The translations under genes were made by a program, and so were the position numbers. Below are positions 26,991-40,587 of a stretch of 64,000 nt of DNA, one piece after another; position 1 is the stretch's first letter; the number at the start of each line of letters is the position of its first letter. Origin of the DNA: Eledone cirrhosa. Its lineage: Eukaryota. The stretch is from assembly GCA_964016885.1 (NCBI GenBank), contig OZ024740.1, forward strand, positions 105,586,001 through 105,650,000, written 5' to 3'. Below the pieces are notes generated by a model, which saw only the letters and a list, made by a program, of their open reading frames with translations, had not been told where the DNA came from and made no database searches.

Positions 26991-27157
26991 CTGTTTGCAT
27001 GCCAACACAAGAGCGAGAATGAGGAGCTCATTCTACTGACATGGCTTATAAAAGAGGCTGTTTGCATAATTGCAAACGAATCGAATATTATTATTAATAT
27101 TCGAAAAGCTCAAATTAAATTTATTGTATTCAGCCATGTAGAGCGATAACTAATTGT

Positions 27158-27196
<39 letters not shown>

Positions 27197-27757
27197 TGAT
27201 AGAGAGAGAGAGTGAGGGCGTCAGACAGAGAGAGGGAGAGAGAGAGAAAGACAGAAAGAGAGAAAGTTGACCATGATTTTGCACCTGGAAAGTTCCTCTC
27301 CAAGCGCAGATTTCGTCTAATTGTTATATAGAAGACAGGCAGTCACCCATGCATATCAAACTTCTCTTTCTACGCTGCTGGAGTTCTCCAAGATAAAGGT
27401 AAGTGTCCGGTACGGCTTGGCACCAATGATGTCACAGACAAATCGTAGCAATGTGAAATGAAGCGCCTTGAACTCAATACTCTAACCACTAGGCCACTAC
27501 CCCCCCCCCCCCCCCGAATATATATATATATAGTAGAGAATCTGTTCTGACGACTGAGCTCCTGCCGATTCGACAGCAAATTCGGAATTTGCTGTCGAGA
27601 CGGCAAAAACTCAGCTGTCGGGCCCTGAATCGCTTCTGTATTTACACTCCACTATCTAAAGTATTGAGTACTGTACTGGATTATGGTCGTACTAGTTTAT
27701 ACTGGTATAATCCTGATCTACACACACACACACACACACACATGCACACACACACAC

Positions 27758-27800
<43 letters not shown>

Positions 27801-27891
27801 TACATATTTCCAGAGATTGACTGAGGAGATTGGACTGTCCATCTTTCCGTTGTTTTTATTCATTGTCTTTGTCTGTGCACTCCCTATTTTG

Positions 27892-27940
<49 letters not shown>

Positions 27941-27942
<2 letters not shown>

Positions 27943-28460
27943 GAGCAAAGATTGGAAACACAGTGGATGATTTGGTTGAGAGGAAGAGCAAAGGCGGCGT
28001 GTTAAAATTTGAGATCGGTGTTGGACCTTCGTAAAGACCTGCAGATCCGTCTCTTCGTTGCTGTAGTGGAGTCTATGCTGCTGTACGGGTCTGAGACTTG
28101 GACACTGACCAAGAAACTCATTCAGATGGTGGATGGGTGCTACACAAGAAAGCTGAGGATGGCTCTGAACATTAATCAGTTTAAACTGAGGATGAAGAAC
28201 TCAAAGCTGTTCGGGAGCATCCCAAAAGTCAGCTCGAAAGTAGCACAGAGGAGACTGAGGTTAGCTGGACATGCTGACCGACATCCAGAGTTGACACTGC
28301 ACTAAGTGATCCTGTGGCCGTGCACGGACACACTAGATGGAGACAGAGGTTGACATATGTTGATGCCCTAAGGACAGAGACCGCTCTCTCGGAGACGCAG
28401 GACATGGCAGAGAGCGCTGGAGATAACTCGTCCATGGATCTTGGGAATTTTACCCGCCCT
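27941..28460 (+). mobile_element. RTE-clade LINE 3' fragment
   Basis: VESMLLYGSETWTLTK...RRLRLAGHADRH; same family as 41940-42860. Confidence 0.85.
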
Positions 28461-28469
28461 ATATATAAA

Positions 28470-28674
28470 TCGACAGTCGATCGACTTTCGTCAAATCGGA
28501 CCGAGGAAAAAATCTTTCCATTTGTCTAATTGCTAATACGCACTATCGATCGCAACTCCAGGTAGAAGGAGCAACGTGAAATAAAGTGTCTTGCCCAAGG
28601 ACATAACGCATTGCCTGGCCCGGGAATCAAACTCACAACTTCAGCATTGCGAATCCAATTCTCGAATCACTAAG

Positions 28675-28677
<3 letters not shown>
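28470..28677 (-). mobile_element. Second tRNA-derived SINE family
   Basis: Reverse complement has GAGTTTGATTCC and GTCCTTGGGCAAGACACTT; homolog at 61380-61560. Confidence 0.7.
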
Positions 28678-28726
<49 letters not shown>

Positions 28727-28762
28727 GTAATGAAGGAGTAACCACTCGTCGTTGTTTTATTC

Positions 28763-28824
<62 letters not shown>

Positions 28825-28881
28825 TATTACATAACTAATAAGCTCTGTAACTTACATAGAGCACTCTTTTTTGCTGGACCT

Positions 28882-29332
28882 TTCCGACGGAATTACTTCA
28901 TTTACATATATATATATATATTGTTATGCTTTGGGAGGGTCATGTTGCCAATAGGAAACACACGCACCAGTTGATTTCACTTCAATTTATTATAAATTAA
29001 GTTTATAAATTTAGGAATCTATAAATTTCCGGTTCGTTGGTTGGTTCCACAACCAGACGATTGTTCATATCAAGAAAAGAAAAGAATCCCCAGTCACTGA
29101 AGAGGTCACAGAATATGTGACGAAAGAACTTTGACAATATATGAACAATCGTCTGGTTGTGGAACCAACTAACCAACCGGAAATTTATAAATTCCTAAAT
29201 TTATAAACTTAATTTATAATAAATTGAAGTGAAATTATGTGGTGCGTGTGTTTCCTATTGGCAACATGACCCTCCCAAAGCATAACAATATATACATATA
29301 TATATATGTAAATGAATTAATTCCGTCGGAAA
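28882..29332. repeat. About 190-bp inverted repeat with a hammerhead in the loop
   Basis: Arms 28882-29070 / 29137-29332. Confidence 0.9.
29093..29135 (+). ncRNA. Minimal type I hammerhead (family G)
   Basis: GUCA-CUGAAGA-(G)GUCACA GAAUA UGUGAC-GAAA-GAAC-UU-UGAC. Confidence 0.72.
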
Positions 29333-29826
29333 TTTATAAATTCCTGCTATGGTAGCAGGCAGGCCGCTGTCTTATTAGCAAACCACTTTCCACTGATTGA
29401 CCTCGATGTCACGTGATTGATTCTTTTTGAATTTGCCACCGACGCAGAGTCAGTAATTTTCTCAATGGCTAGGAATTCAGTCCACGCTTTGCTATTTTCT
29501 ATCCACTGAATTATTTTTTAATAAGTCTCCAGAGTCCACGCCTTGCCTGGATACTTAGATGAGAATAGTCTTCCCTGACGACGGAATGATTCTCTGTATT
29601 TTCTTCGGAAAATATATTTATTCCATTCCAGAAACTAATTAGTTGGAAGTGATATTTTAGTAAGTAAGTTAATTTTATAATTTTCTTATTTTACGTCTCT
29701 CATATTATTGTTCTGCAACCCCATGCATTGAACCACAAAGTTACTAAGACAAAACCTATATATTTGCTAGCATTGATATGCATCTGTATGTATATATATG
29801 TATATATATGTTACTAGATATTAATT

Positions 29827-29889
<63 letters not shown>

Positions 29890-29989
29890 TTTCAACAACG
29901 TCAATATTCCGTGTGTCATAATTCTCGATCATCATTGGTTCATAGGTTTCAAACGACTCCACCCACCTCAACGACGCCAAACTTAAATT

Positions 29990-30974
29990 AATACGCATAA
30001 TGCCAATGAGGGAGTGAGAGGGGAGAATAAGAAACAGAGAGGCAAAGTGAACGCTGTAACTATTACCATGTGTGTGTGTGTGTCTGAACGTGGGCGTATG
30101 TTTATGTGTGTGTTCGTGCAGAGTTCCACAGAAACTATCATGTGTGAGTGTGTAAGCGTGTGTAAGTGCACAGGTGCGTGTGTAAGTTTGCGTGCCTGTG
30201 CGCGTTTCCATGTGTGTATTTATCGTAGTTTATCTGTCTGTGTGCCTGCCTGTCAGTCTAACATACACAGAGTTGTGAAGTGAGTAAATAGGGACCTTTT
30301 TTTACATTGACGGACATCTTTTATATTTATTATTGTGTCATTTTTTGACAATTGCTCGAAATGAATACTGATAATAAAAGCAATTCGACTTTATCAAACA
30401 GTGAACTACAGCGGAGACGGCGTGCAGCCAGGAATGAAGAAAAACGGGCCAAACAGCGCCATCGGAATGCCGAACTTCAGAGGCGAAGACGTGCCGCCAA
30501 GAAGGAAGAGGAGCTGCCTGAACAACGGCAACGAAACACCGGAGCCAAGCAGCGACGGCGTGCTGCGATAGTTGAAGACGAACTGGCTGAGCATCATCAT
30601 TTATATTAATTATCTATATCTATATATACATATAATATAACAGATTGGAACTTCCATCATCCTTTTGGGAAAAAACGTGGAACAACCACGTCTATACAAT
30701 GATACACGTTTTACAGTTAGACAGAAGATGAACCATCTCCTAGAGGTCACTATTCTGGGTGAGAGCACCTAGAATTGTCCATATACTATGCACAAACGGT
30801 ACAACGAAGAATCTGGTATATCTAGAAGATTTTTTTTACTGTTTTCTGTATCACACAGACACCACGCACTCCCCTCATACTGTAACCAGACAAACATCCA
30901 ATACAAGCATTTTCTCTTTTACCTGTCTTCTCTTATCATCTGTTTAACCGGGCGAAGCTAGGTACGTCAGCTAG
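29990..30974 (+). mobile_element. Non-autonomous Helitron remnant (5' boundary uncertain)
   Basis: R/E-rich RRRRAA repeats, helicase C-terminal-like VHILCTNGTTKNLVY, 3' hairpin CCGGGCGAAGCTAGG then CTAG|T at 30971-74. Confidence 0.7.
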
Positions 30975-31037
30975 TATATATAATAGACTAAAACGAGGAA
31001 GTTTCGTTTACATATGAAAAATATTTATTTCGTATTG

Positions 31038-31129
31038 AACTGTTACGCGCGTTTCGCAGAAGATTGGCTCAAGGTGACCCATAGGAGTTATGGACCCGAC
31101 TCCAGTATCGCTCTGCTCGTCAGCCAATC
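31038..31129 (-). ncRNA. Type I hammerhead with long loop II (family H) in fold-back 30985-31215
   Basis: CUGACGA-GCAGAG..UUCUGC-GAAA-CGCGCG-UA; palindromic stem III; stem I weakened at the inversion junction. Confidence 0.7.
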
Positions 31130-31275
31130 CTCTATGAAACGCGTGTAACAGGTCGATACGCAATAAATATTTTTCATGTGTATACGAAACTTCGTCGTTT
31201 TTTTTTTCTATTATATACACTCTTTCTGTGCATAGAGTGCTTGACGTGGTACCAACATCAGTATTTCACCGTACT

Positions 31276-31387
<112 letters not shown>

Positions 31388-32242
31388 TGTATATATATTT
31401 GCAAGTAATGGCGTCCTTTGGCTGAATTACTTCATTTACTCTTAGTTAACTCTTAGTTAACTAATTAATAGTGGAATATAGTGAGAATATTATTTTGCAG
31501 TATTAATCATTCACTGTTTCCGACATTGCAACAGCTTCATTGTAATTGCTGTTGAGTGTTATGTGATATAGTATTCGAGTTATAACTCCGCATCTCAATT
31601 GATTTCAGTAAAGCTGTCGGTATGTGTTTCAAAATGTTGCATTAAAAGAAAATGTAAAAAATCCTTAGCAAGTGTATGAATTCAGATGTTTGGAATAAAA
31701 TCCAGCTGAATTATTGATTTCGACATTAAATTTAAAACCAATCAGGAAACTATACAGTTGTGTCTCTATTATTTTGCCCACGCGATTCTTAAAATGATAT
31801 TACGTTTTACTTTTGCCATTAAAATCGCTAATTGAATGTTCAGCTTAGAAGACAATATAATTAATCCAATACTTCGACTATTTGTCCTAGTTACCCCCGC
31901 CCCCCACACACACACTTGTGAAGACAGTCTCACAATGACACACATATACATACGCACATACACGCACATACAGACAAACACACACCAATATATTCAAAAG
32001 ATAAGAACTGGGACAGATGATACACAATGACTTTAGGAAGAAAAATCACCGGAGGCATCTTGGAAATCTCTTTAAACACCTCCTCAGATAGGTGCATAGA
32101 AACGTGGCAAGCTAGTTAAATACACACTCACATGCACATGTACACACATGTAACAGAAATCTAGAAATTTACTTAGAATTCAGAATATCAGATAAAAACT
32201 CGTATATCAACATCAACGACGCTATTATTCACAAAGCATAAC

Positions 32243-32284
<42 letters not shown>

Positions 32285-32554
32285 TATCAAAGGTATATAT
32301 TGAGTTAGAAACTCAAAATAGTCTTTTACAATTAAATAGCTCAAAGAAAGAGGTTTTTCTGAGCCGTGTAATATAATTAAATATAAAAGAAAGATAAAAA
32401 AAAGATATATACATATATGTGTTCAAATCGTAAGGGACCATATTCGCTAGAGTGAAAAAATACTAACCATTAACAATAGGGTTTGTCAGCCTCTATTTAA
32501 AATAATAAACCAAGAAAAGAAATACAAACCGATATTGAGGCAACTGCCAGACAT

Positions 32555-32624
32555 CCAGACAGCATTTGGTAGGCTGTTTCGCAATTTTAGCGAAGGAAAT
32601 TACCAATTCTTTGCTCATCAGTGG
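32555..32624 (-). ncRNA. Type I hammerhead with stable stem III (family I) in an about 518-bp unit (32283-32826)
   Basis: CCA-CUGAUGA-GCAA..UUGC-GAAA-CAGC CUACCAAAU GCUG-UC-UGG; direct repeat TATATCAAAGGTATATA at 32283 and 32801. Confidence 0.8.
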
Positions 32625-32976
32625 GTTTAAAATTAGTAAACCCTTCACTTCTAAGTATCTCAGAAAGCTGAAAAGTGTGCGAATATAAAATAATGCACAT
32701 GGCATCAGAACCTAGCGTGTCTCATAAACGTACGCTACTAGAAATAGCAGCCAAGTTTACACGGCATTTGAATTAGCTCACCAAAATTGAAGGCGCCGAC
32801 TATATCAAAGGTATATACTGAGTTATTTAACATTTAGCTCCGACATAGCTCTATATATTCATGTGAATTTCGTATATCTAAAGATACACGGCATGTTTAT
32901 TAAATAAAGATTTCGAAATCCTAGATATGTATGTATATGCATATACATATATACATATATACATATATACATATAC

Positions 32977-33050
<74 letters not shown>

Positions 33051-33107
33051 ATATATATATATATACATACACACACAACACACACATACACACACGCACA
33101 CAGACAC

Positions 33108-33173
<66 letters not shown>

Positions 33174-33322
33174 ACACACACACACACAGGGATTCTTTGT
33201 TTTGACCCTCTCCGACATAACTTTTTCCCCTGGGATAAACCACCAGTTGATGGATGCGAAATCCGAAATATAGGGTCTATTAAATCACTTCCTAGGTACC
33301 TCGTGTTATTATTATTATTATA

Positions 33323-33510
33323 CGGATTGGCAGTATCAGTAGAGGGTCGGATGCCATGCTTTGCAGCATTGAGTTACGGACCTTTCCATTCTGTGTTCGA
33401 ATCTCGCCGAGGTTAACTTTGCCTTTCATCCTTACGGGGTCGACAAAATAAAGTACCAGTAATACACTGGGATAATTGCTGACCTTGTGCCAAAAGTAGA
33501 AACAATTATT
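33323..33510 (+). mobile_element. tRNA-derived SINE with (TTA)n tail
   Basis: Family motifs. Confidence 0.85.
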
Positions 33511-33535
33511 ATTATTATTATTATTATTATTATTG

Positions 33536-34648
33536 TTCTTTGAGTCTCAGTCATTGATGTTATTTAACTGGAAAGTTTGTTGAAAGGAATATCAAGCCAC
33601 TACCTGCAGCCTCAGATATTCAGGACGTATCGGAGGGTCCTTGCTGTTCCCAGCAAGCATGCCTTTTGAAGTGTTCCAAAAAGTGGGGCGGGACCAATTT
33701 TCTTTAACCATCTTTGGAAACTTTTGAGATAGTACCTAGTGCGCCTATGACAATCGGAACCACTTTGACCTCATGGCAGTTCCAAATCCTTTTTACCTCC
33801 CACTTTAAGTCCTGGTATCGCTTAATTTTCTCCCTCTCCTTTTCTTGCACTCTCGTGTCGAATGGGCAGGCTACATCCACAATCAGGCACGATATTTTTC
33901 CCTTGTCCCAAACCACCAAGTCAGGTCTATTGTGTTCCAGTTTCTTATCCGTCTGTATCCTAAAATCCCACAGCACCTTCACCTGATCGTTTTCCATCAC
34001 AGACTCTGACTTATGATCATACCACTTCTTAGAATGTGGTAAATTGTTTACTTTGCACAGGTGCCAGTGGATCACCCTGCCCATCACATCATGTCTCCAG
34101 CCCTTATAGTGGGTCTGGGCTAGGTGTTTACACTCGGATACAATGTGAGCCACAGTCTCCTCTCTCTCTCCACAGATCCTACACAGTGGGCTAGCCCCCT
34201 GCTTGTAAATATGGTGTTTCAGCCACTTCATTTTGAGGGCCTGCTCTTGCGCAGCCGTTAGCATTCCTTCTGTACCCTTTTTAAGGTCTCCTCTTCTCAA
34301 CCAGTTCCATGTCTGTGGATCTCTAAATTTAGTTTTCTCAAAGAAGGTACTATGAAGGAATTTTTCATGAAGGTTCCTCTTCCTCCTTGTTGATATTTCC
34401 TCCTTGGACATACCCTGGTCTATTGTCCTCTCCTTCAGTACAATTCTGGGCATTGGCCCCCTACTATCAGTCACGTATTAGTATAGGTTGTTTTTCTCCA
34501 TCTGAACACAGTGTTCTATGCTGATAAGACCTCTTCCACCTTCAGATCTCCTTAAGTAGAGTCTATCGACATCACTCCTCTTGTGGAACATGTTGTAGAT
34601 AGTCAATAGCTTCCTAGTCTTCCTATCCATTTCTTTTTGTTCAGCAAC
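33536..34648 (-). mobile_element. R4/Dong-clade LINE 3' fragment (CCHC + restriction-like endonuclease)
   Basis: CRICGEREETVAHIVSEC, RHD, LWDFRIQTD, NRPDLVV, VDVACPFD, EK..RYQDL, VVPIVIGALG; flanked by (TAA)n in its own orientation. Confidence 0.9.
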
Positions 34649-34657
34649 ATTATTATT

Positions 34658-34732
34658 ATGGGGTCGATAAAATAAAGTACCAGTAATGCACTGGGTAATT
34701 GCTGGCCTTGTGCCTAAAGTAGAAACAATTAT
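34658..34732 (+). mobile_element. SINE 3' half
   Basis: GGGGTCGATAAA...GTAGAAACAATTATT. Confidence 0.75.
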
Positions 34733-36642
34733 TCAGTCGAAAGCCTTCGATAGGGTCGACCATCGTTACCTAGAGGCAGTCCTGAGAGCGGCTGGCTTTG
34801 GGCCCGTCTTCAGAGGCTGGATCGCTGCCATGCACAGCAACATCTGCTCTGTAGTGAGAGTGAACGGTCACCTTACGGAACCGTTCAACATCATGCGCTC
34901 GGTCCGCTAAGGATGTCCCCTCTCGTCCCTATTGTACGTATTGACTCTCGAGCCATTACTGCACAAACTGGAGACGTTGAGGGGGATCCCGCGCGAACTA
35001 GGATGCGGAAGATCCGTGCCAGCATATGCCGACGATGTCACCGTAGTGGTGTCGAACGCCAAACACATCGAGGCGATCGGCACTACACTAAGAGAATACG
35101 AAGCGGTGACAGGAGCAATGATCAACCAGGAAAAGTCAGTGGGCCTGCAGCTCGGCACCTGGAGAGGCAAGGTCCATGTCGTCCAACAGCGTCGTCGGGC
35201 GCTGGACAGACGGACCGGTTAAATTGCTAGGGGTCTGTTTCTGTCCAGACCTCCAGACGGACAAAAACTGGGACGAGGTGACGAGCAGGGTGGCTTCTCT
35301 CACCCAGAAATGGGCCGAGAGGAAGCTATCCCTGAAAGGTCGAGCGGAGGTGGCTAACGCGTAAATCGCGTCCGTCATCTACTACCGCCTGACCGTCGTA
35401 CCTTGTCCTAAGCCCCGCCTGACTGCGCTGGAGCGTTTGCTCTTTCGCTTCTTGTGGAAGGGACGCGCTCCGATGGTCAGGCGGTCCATCTGCTGTCAAC
35501 ACCCGCTACGTGGAGGGTTGGGCATGCCGTGGCTGATGATGCGCAGACACGCGCTCAGGCTACGACATCTCCACCTCTTCCTCGACGGTGATCAGGTGTG
35601 GTCGCCGTTTGCTAGACACGTTTTTCCCCAGCTCGTCTCCTTGACGGAGCTGCAGTCCTGGGTCAAGCGAAGAGCGAGAGGGAGCGCTTGGAGACTGGAA
35701 TGTCTTCAGGCGCTCACATCCCTCGACCAATCGGGCAATGTGATCGGTGGAAACTCCACCTTGGCGTTCTATAGGGGATTAGTGGAGGGGAAGAGCGACG
35801 ACGTACTTGGAGAAACTCTAGGCGTCGACAAAAATCAACTAGCCAAACTCTTCGGAAGGACTTTCGGGCCGGGGCCTATGGACAACTTCCAGAAATCCCT
35901 GGCCTGGCAGTGCTACCGGGGTGCTTTGCCAGTTCGGGATAAACTTTACAGGCATGGAGGTGCCGTCAGCCGGGCATGTCCGAGATGCGCACAGGGCGAC
36001 GAAACTGTCCTGCACGCACTCGTCCAGTGTCCGAGCATTGCTGACTTGTGGGTTTATGTCGAAAACCTGCTGTCACGTGTAGGACGGATCCAGCTATCAG
36101 CTGAGTCCATCGTGAGGATTGCCCCGCCCTCTTCCTTTAGCTGGGAAGGGCAGGCAGTTTTTATATGTCTGGTGGCCATGGCGAAAGAGATAGTATGGTG
36201 GACACGTTTGAAAGGGCTGAAGACGAGCACTTACCTCTTCGGTGACGCCCTGATTAACTTTTTCAAATTTCATTTGAAAAGGAAAATCATGGTAGAGAGG
36301 GAAGTGCTCTCTTCCCAGCATTTTGTTGAAAGATGGGTGAGAGAGGTAAGAATGGCCCGAGTGAATGGGCCTACTCTGAGTATGTGTCTGTAAATTAAAG
36401 GTGGAAAACTGGGAGAGGGCACTTGCCCTGGTGGTCAGGGTCACTGTGGCTTTTTAATGGGCTTTCTCCACCAATGTCCCTCGAAGTCTCCCCCCCCCTA
36501 TTAGGGAATTTTTTCATTGTTCTATTATTACATCCTCTGTTTTTCTTTTTACACGCAGAAATGCCCATTTGTACAGTCCTGTATTGTCCTGTACTGTCCT
36601 TAATGTCTACTTTATGTAAACCCTTGTGGTTAATAAAGAAAA

Positions 36643-36643
<1 letters not shown>
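34733..36643 (+). mobile_element. Tx1/L1-clade LINE, 5'-truncated ORF2 (RT + zf-RVT)
   Basis: KAFDRVDH, GCPL, AYADDVTV, SLKGR, GGLGMP, CPRC...ETVLHALVQC; AATAAA then (TTA)n. Confidence 0.92.

Positions 36644-36725
<82 letters not shown>
36644..36725. repeat. (TTA)n microsatellite
   Basis: Direct reading. Confidence 0.95.
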
Positions 36726-36726
<1 letters not shown>

Positions 36727-37598
36727 AGTTCCAGGACTGATGTCACAAAAGATTTATTTTAAACCCAAACTTCACACTAAGAGTTTTCTCCTTCAAAGTA
36801 ATCCCCCTGGAGTATGTAACTGTAATCTTAGCTCTCTGCAGCGATCAAACTTCTTTCTTCATAATTTTATATACATGTCCTCTGTTTCAGGTCGTCAAGC
36901 AATGAGCATAGAGCAACGAACAAACTTGAAGTTTCTGGTACGATTGGGGATAACTCCGTCAGAAGCACTGGGATTGCTGCAGCAAGTGTATGGAGATGAG
37001 GCAATGTCATGCTCACGTGTTTTTGAGTGGTGCAAGATGACCCCAGGAGCGGAAGGCCCTCAACAACCAGTACTGAGGTCAAAGTTAAGCGCCTCAGGCA
37101 GATGGCGCGTAGCGGACGTCGGCTGACTGTTCGACTGATGGCAAATGAGCTGGGTATGAATCGGGAGAGTGTCTGGAAGATTCTCACTGAAGATTTGGAC
37201 ATGCGGAAAGTCTGCGCGAAGATGGTGCCAAAACTGCTGAACGGTGACCAGAAGAGTCGACGCATGCAAGTGTTCCAGGACATCCTCGAGCGTCTTGAAA
37301 CCGAACCTGACTTGCTAGGGACAGTCATCACCGGTGATGAGTCATGGATCTTCGAGTACGACCCGGAGGGGACCTGTTTTGACGACGTAGATGACATCAA
37401 AAATGCCGTGACGACGGAACTGCGGAGGATCCCGAAAGAATCCTTCCAGGAGTGCATGCAAACGTGGCAGAAAAGGATTGAAAAGTGCATTAGACTCCAG
37501 GGGGATTTCTTTGAAAGAGAAAACTCTTAGTGTGAAGTTTGGGTTTGAAATAAATCTTTTGTGACATCAGTCCTGGAACTTTTCTGACACACCTCGTA
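36725..37598 (+). mobile_element. Internally deleted mariner transposon with long TIRs
   Basis: HTH MSIEQRTNLKFLVRLG..., RSGRP, KMVPKLL, TGDESW then deletion; TIRs of about 90-105 bp, right end CACCTCG|TA; outer left TIR missing. Confidence 0.88.
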
Positions 37599-37819
37599 TA
37601 TATATATATATATACGAGGTGTGTCAGAAAAGTTCCAGGACTGATGTCACAAAAGATTTATTTCAAGATTTATATATATATATAAGTAGAAGTGGTATTT
37701 AATTTGTGGAAGTCCGTCAAATATAAATGTTTATAACTAATTTAGAGCACTCAACCGGTTACTGGAGTAAATATTCAATGATATTAAATAAATGGAAACT
37801 ATATTTATAAAACCATATT

Positions 37820-37876
37820 TATTTTATTATATATATTTCAATGGCAACCAAGACAACATTGGTACGCTTTCATCAG
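37820..37876 (-). ncRNA. Hammerhead (family B), 5' strand of stem I lost at the inversion
   Basis: CUGAUGA-stem II-GAAA-UAUAUA-UA-AUAAAAUA. Confidence 0.6.
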
Positions 37877-37914
37877 TATTCATGAGTATGTCTCTATTTA
37901 TAAAACAAACTTTG

Positions 37915-37979
37915 TATTTTATCTGATGAAAGCGTATCAATATTGTCCTGGTCGCCCTTGAAATATATATAATAAAATA
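37915..37979 (+). ncRNA. Minimal type I hammerhead (family B) in fold-back 37775-38022
   Basis: UAUUUUAU-CUGAUGA-..-GAAA-UAUAUA-UA-AUAAAAUA (perfect 8-bp stem I). Confidence 0.72.
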
Positions 37980-38018
37980 AATATGGTTTTATAAATATAG
38001 TTTCCAGTTATTTAATAT

Positions 38019-38154
<136 letters not shown>

Positions 38155-38262
38155 CGAAGGAAATGTGGTAAGGAACCAGGTGGACCATAACGCACCCAAG
38201 TACTCAATACTTAGGGTAGTAGAGTGGGTAATAGGAACGCGTATATACACTTTTATGCATAC

Positions 38263-38336
<74 letters not shown>

Positions 38337-38376
38337 AGATAGGATAAGAGAGAGAGAAAGAGACAGATAAAAAAAA

Positions 38377-38409
<33 letters not shown>

Positions 38410-40007
38410 GAGAGAGAGAGAGTGTGTGTATAATGTTACAGAGTCAAAACTATTTACTAAATGATTGACTCAGATCAGTGAAACCATAGTTACTTTAGTT
38501 ACTTACTGAATTTACCAACATCCGTACTTTCCTAAGCTCTGAGTGATTTTCCTACCATGAAATTCGTTAATAACCCAGTTCTTTCATTATTTAGGACGGT
38601 GAGCTGCACTTATATAACATGATACCAACCTAGATTTCGGTGGACAGGACTATAAATTATGTCTTGTGTAGAAACTCTGGTTGGTATATCAATACTGAAG
38701 TATTTTAGTCTCGTCTGTTTAATTAGTTGCACCCATATTATAATATAAAATCGTACATCTTACCCTAATTATGGAAACTGTTTGATCCAAACATTATAGT
38801 GACCTGAATTTTTTACCGCTGAAACGGGAAGTGTTGGTGAGTGGCCATGACTATTTTCTTTTACATAGCCTCCGAGAATAGTTGGAAGGAAGGAAGAACT
38901 TATTCTCAAAGTACTTGTAATAAAGAGGACGCCACTAAAAACAATTTAATAGATCAGTTTGGGGTGTTAAACTATTTGATCGATTAACTCAACGGACCAA
39001 GAATTCAGAGAAACAAGAGCCGAGACAAATACCACGAAATATCTGGTTGGACGCTCTAACAATTGTATTAATCCACTACTCTAGACTGGTACATTATTTT
39101 ATTGACTCGAAAGACTAAAGGGCGAAGTTGATGCGGAGCACTTATGAGATATTCCAAATAATGCAGAGCCCATACCTATATTTCACGGACAATCCTCTCC
39201 ACACGAATCTTAATGAGATATTAAATGAAACAAAAATGTGTTTTAGAGAGAAAATTTATTCATATAAAAAAATCAATATACAATCATATATGTATATTGT
39301 ATTACTTTCATTAAAAAGGACACTTTGTTGCTGTCACAGAATATTTTTGCATAGCTTACTCTGGGAATGATTGCAACAGAGAAAATACCCCAACCCATGC
39401 CACAAAACAACAACAACAAAAACAAAATATATTGACAGTTCTGAGTCATTTTGAGGATTGGAAAATGTCCAAAAAGAAATCATTCTCTGTAATCAAACAT
39501 ATGAAGTTTCTCTTCGCCCACTACTTATAAAATCCACTATATAGTCTTGTTAAAGTGATAAATATTATTTTGTCTCCTAGTGAAACTATATTTTTACATT
39601 TTCGATTATAATTTTTTAAAATAACAAATTTAATGTTTTATTTAGAAGTTGGAAGAAATCAATGCAATATCAATTAGAATTATATATAGATGAAATTTTA
39701 AAAAATCAACAAAAACTAAAAAAAAAAAATACAAAGAAATAATTATATTTTGAAATATATTTTATTCGAAATATATTGTTGGAATTTAATGGAGAAGTAA
39801 TTTATTCATGAAGTACTTTCTGTCAGATATTTGTAAAATTGTATTCTTATATTCTTGTTAGATTCTCCACGATTGAATAAGGAATAGAAAACACGAGGAA
39901 ATACTAATAAATAACTGGAGACAGCTGAGAGATTAAGAAATTTACTTCGTAACTAAATGCGTTTGGGTTCAGTCATATTTTATACCTTCATATTGAGACA
40001 AACACAC

Positions 40008-40148
<141 letters not shown>

Positions 40149-40223
40149 AGTCCAGACCCATGCTAGCGTGGAAGATAGACGTTAAACGATAATGATGATG
40201 ATGATGATGATGATGATATAATA

Positions 40224-40284
<61 letters not shown>

Positions 40285-40515
40285 GTACAGTACCAGGAAG
40301 AATTTCTCAGAAGGAGAAATTTATTGAGAGCTCAATCCTTAACATATGTTTCTATACAACATCCGTCTACAATGCTGGCGCTGATTGCAAATTCCATGCA
40401 TAATCGGATGCATTACGTAATAAAATGTTGGCCTTCATCAGAAAGAGAAAAAGTATTTATAGTCTAAGGTGATGTCGTTGCATTTTTGTAATAGGTATCA
40501 CTTACTACTCCAAGG

Positions 40516-40581
<66 letters not shown>

Positions 40582-40587
<6 letters not shown>

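Larger units (their letters stand above)
26375..27155. mobile_element. Penelope-like pLTR unit (about 411-bp direct repeat) with inversion, family F
   Basis: GTAATCTGAG at 26375 and 26786; 26846-27155 is inverted; homolog at 44973-45460. Confidence 0.75.

Noticed and set aside
27545-27625. CTGACGA followed by a long hairpin
   Set aside because: No GAAA or stem III, so not called a hammerhead.
29575-29625. CTGACGA-CGGA..TTCG-GAAA-ATATAT-TT
   Set aside because: No stem I pairing found.
33243-33285. GGAT/ATCC-GAAA..GTC motif, repeated at about 23185
   Set aside because: The CUGANGA core is absent in both copies.
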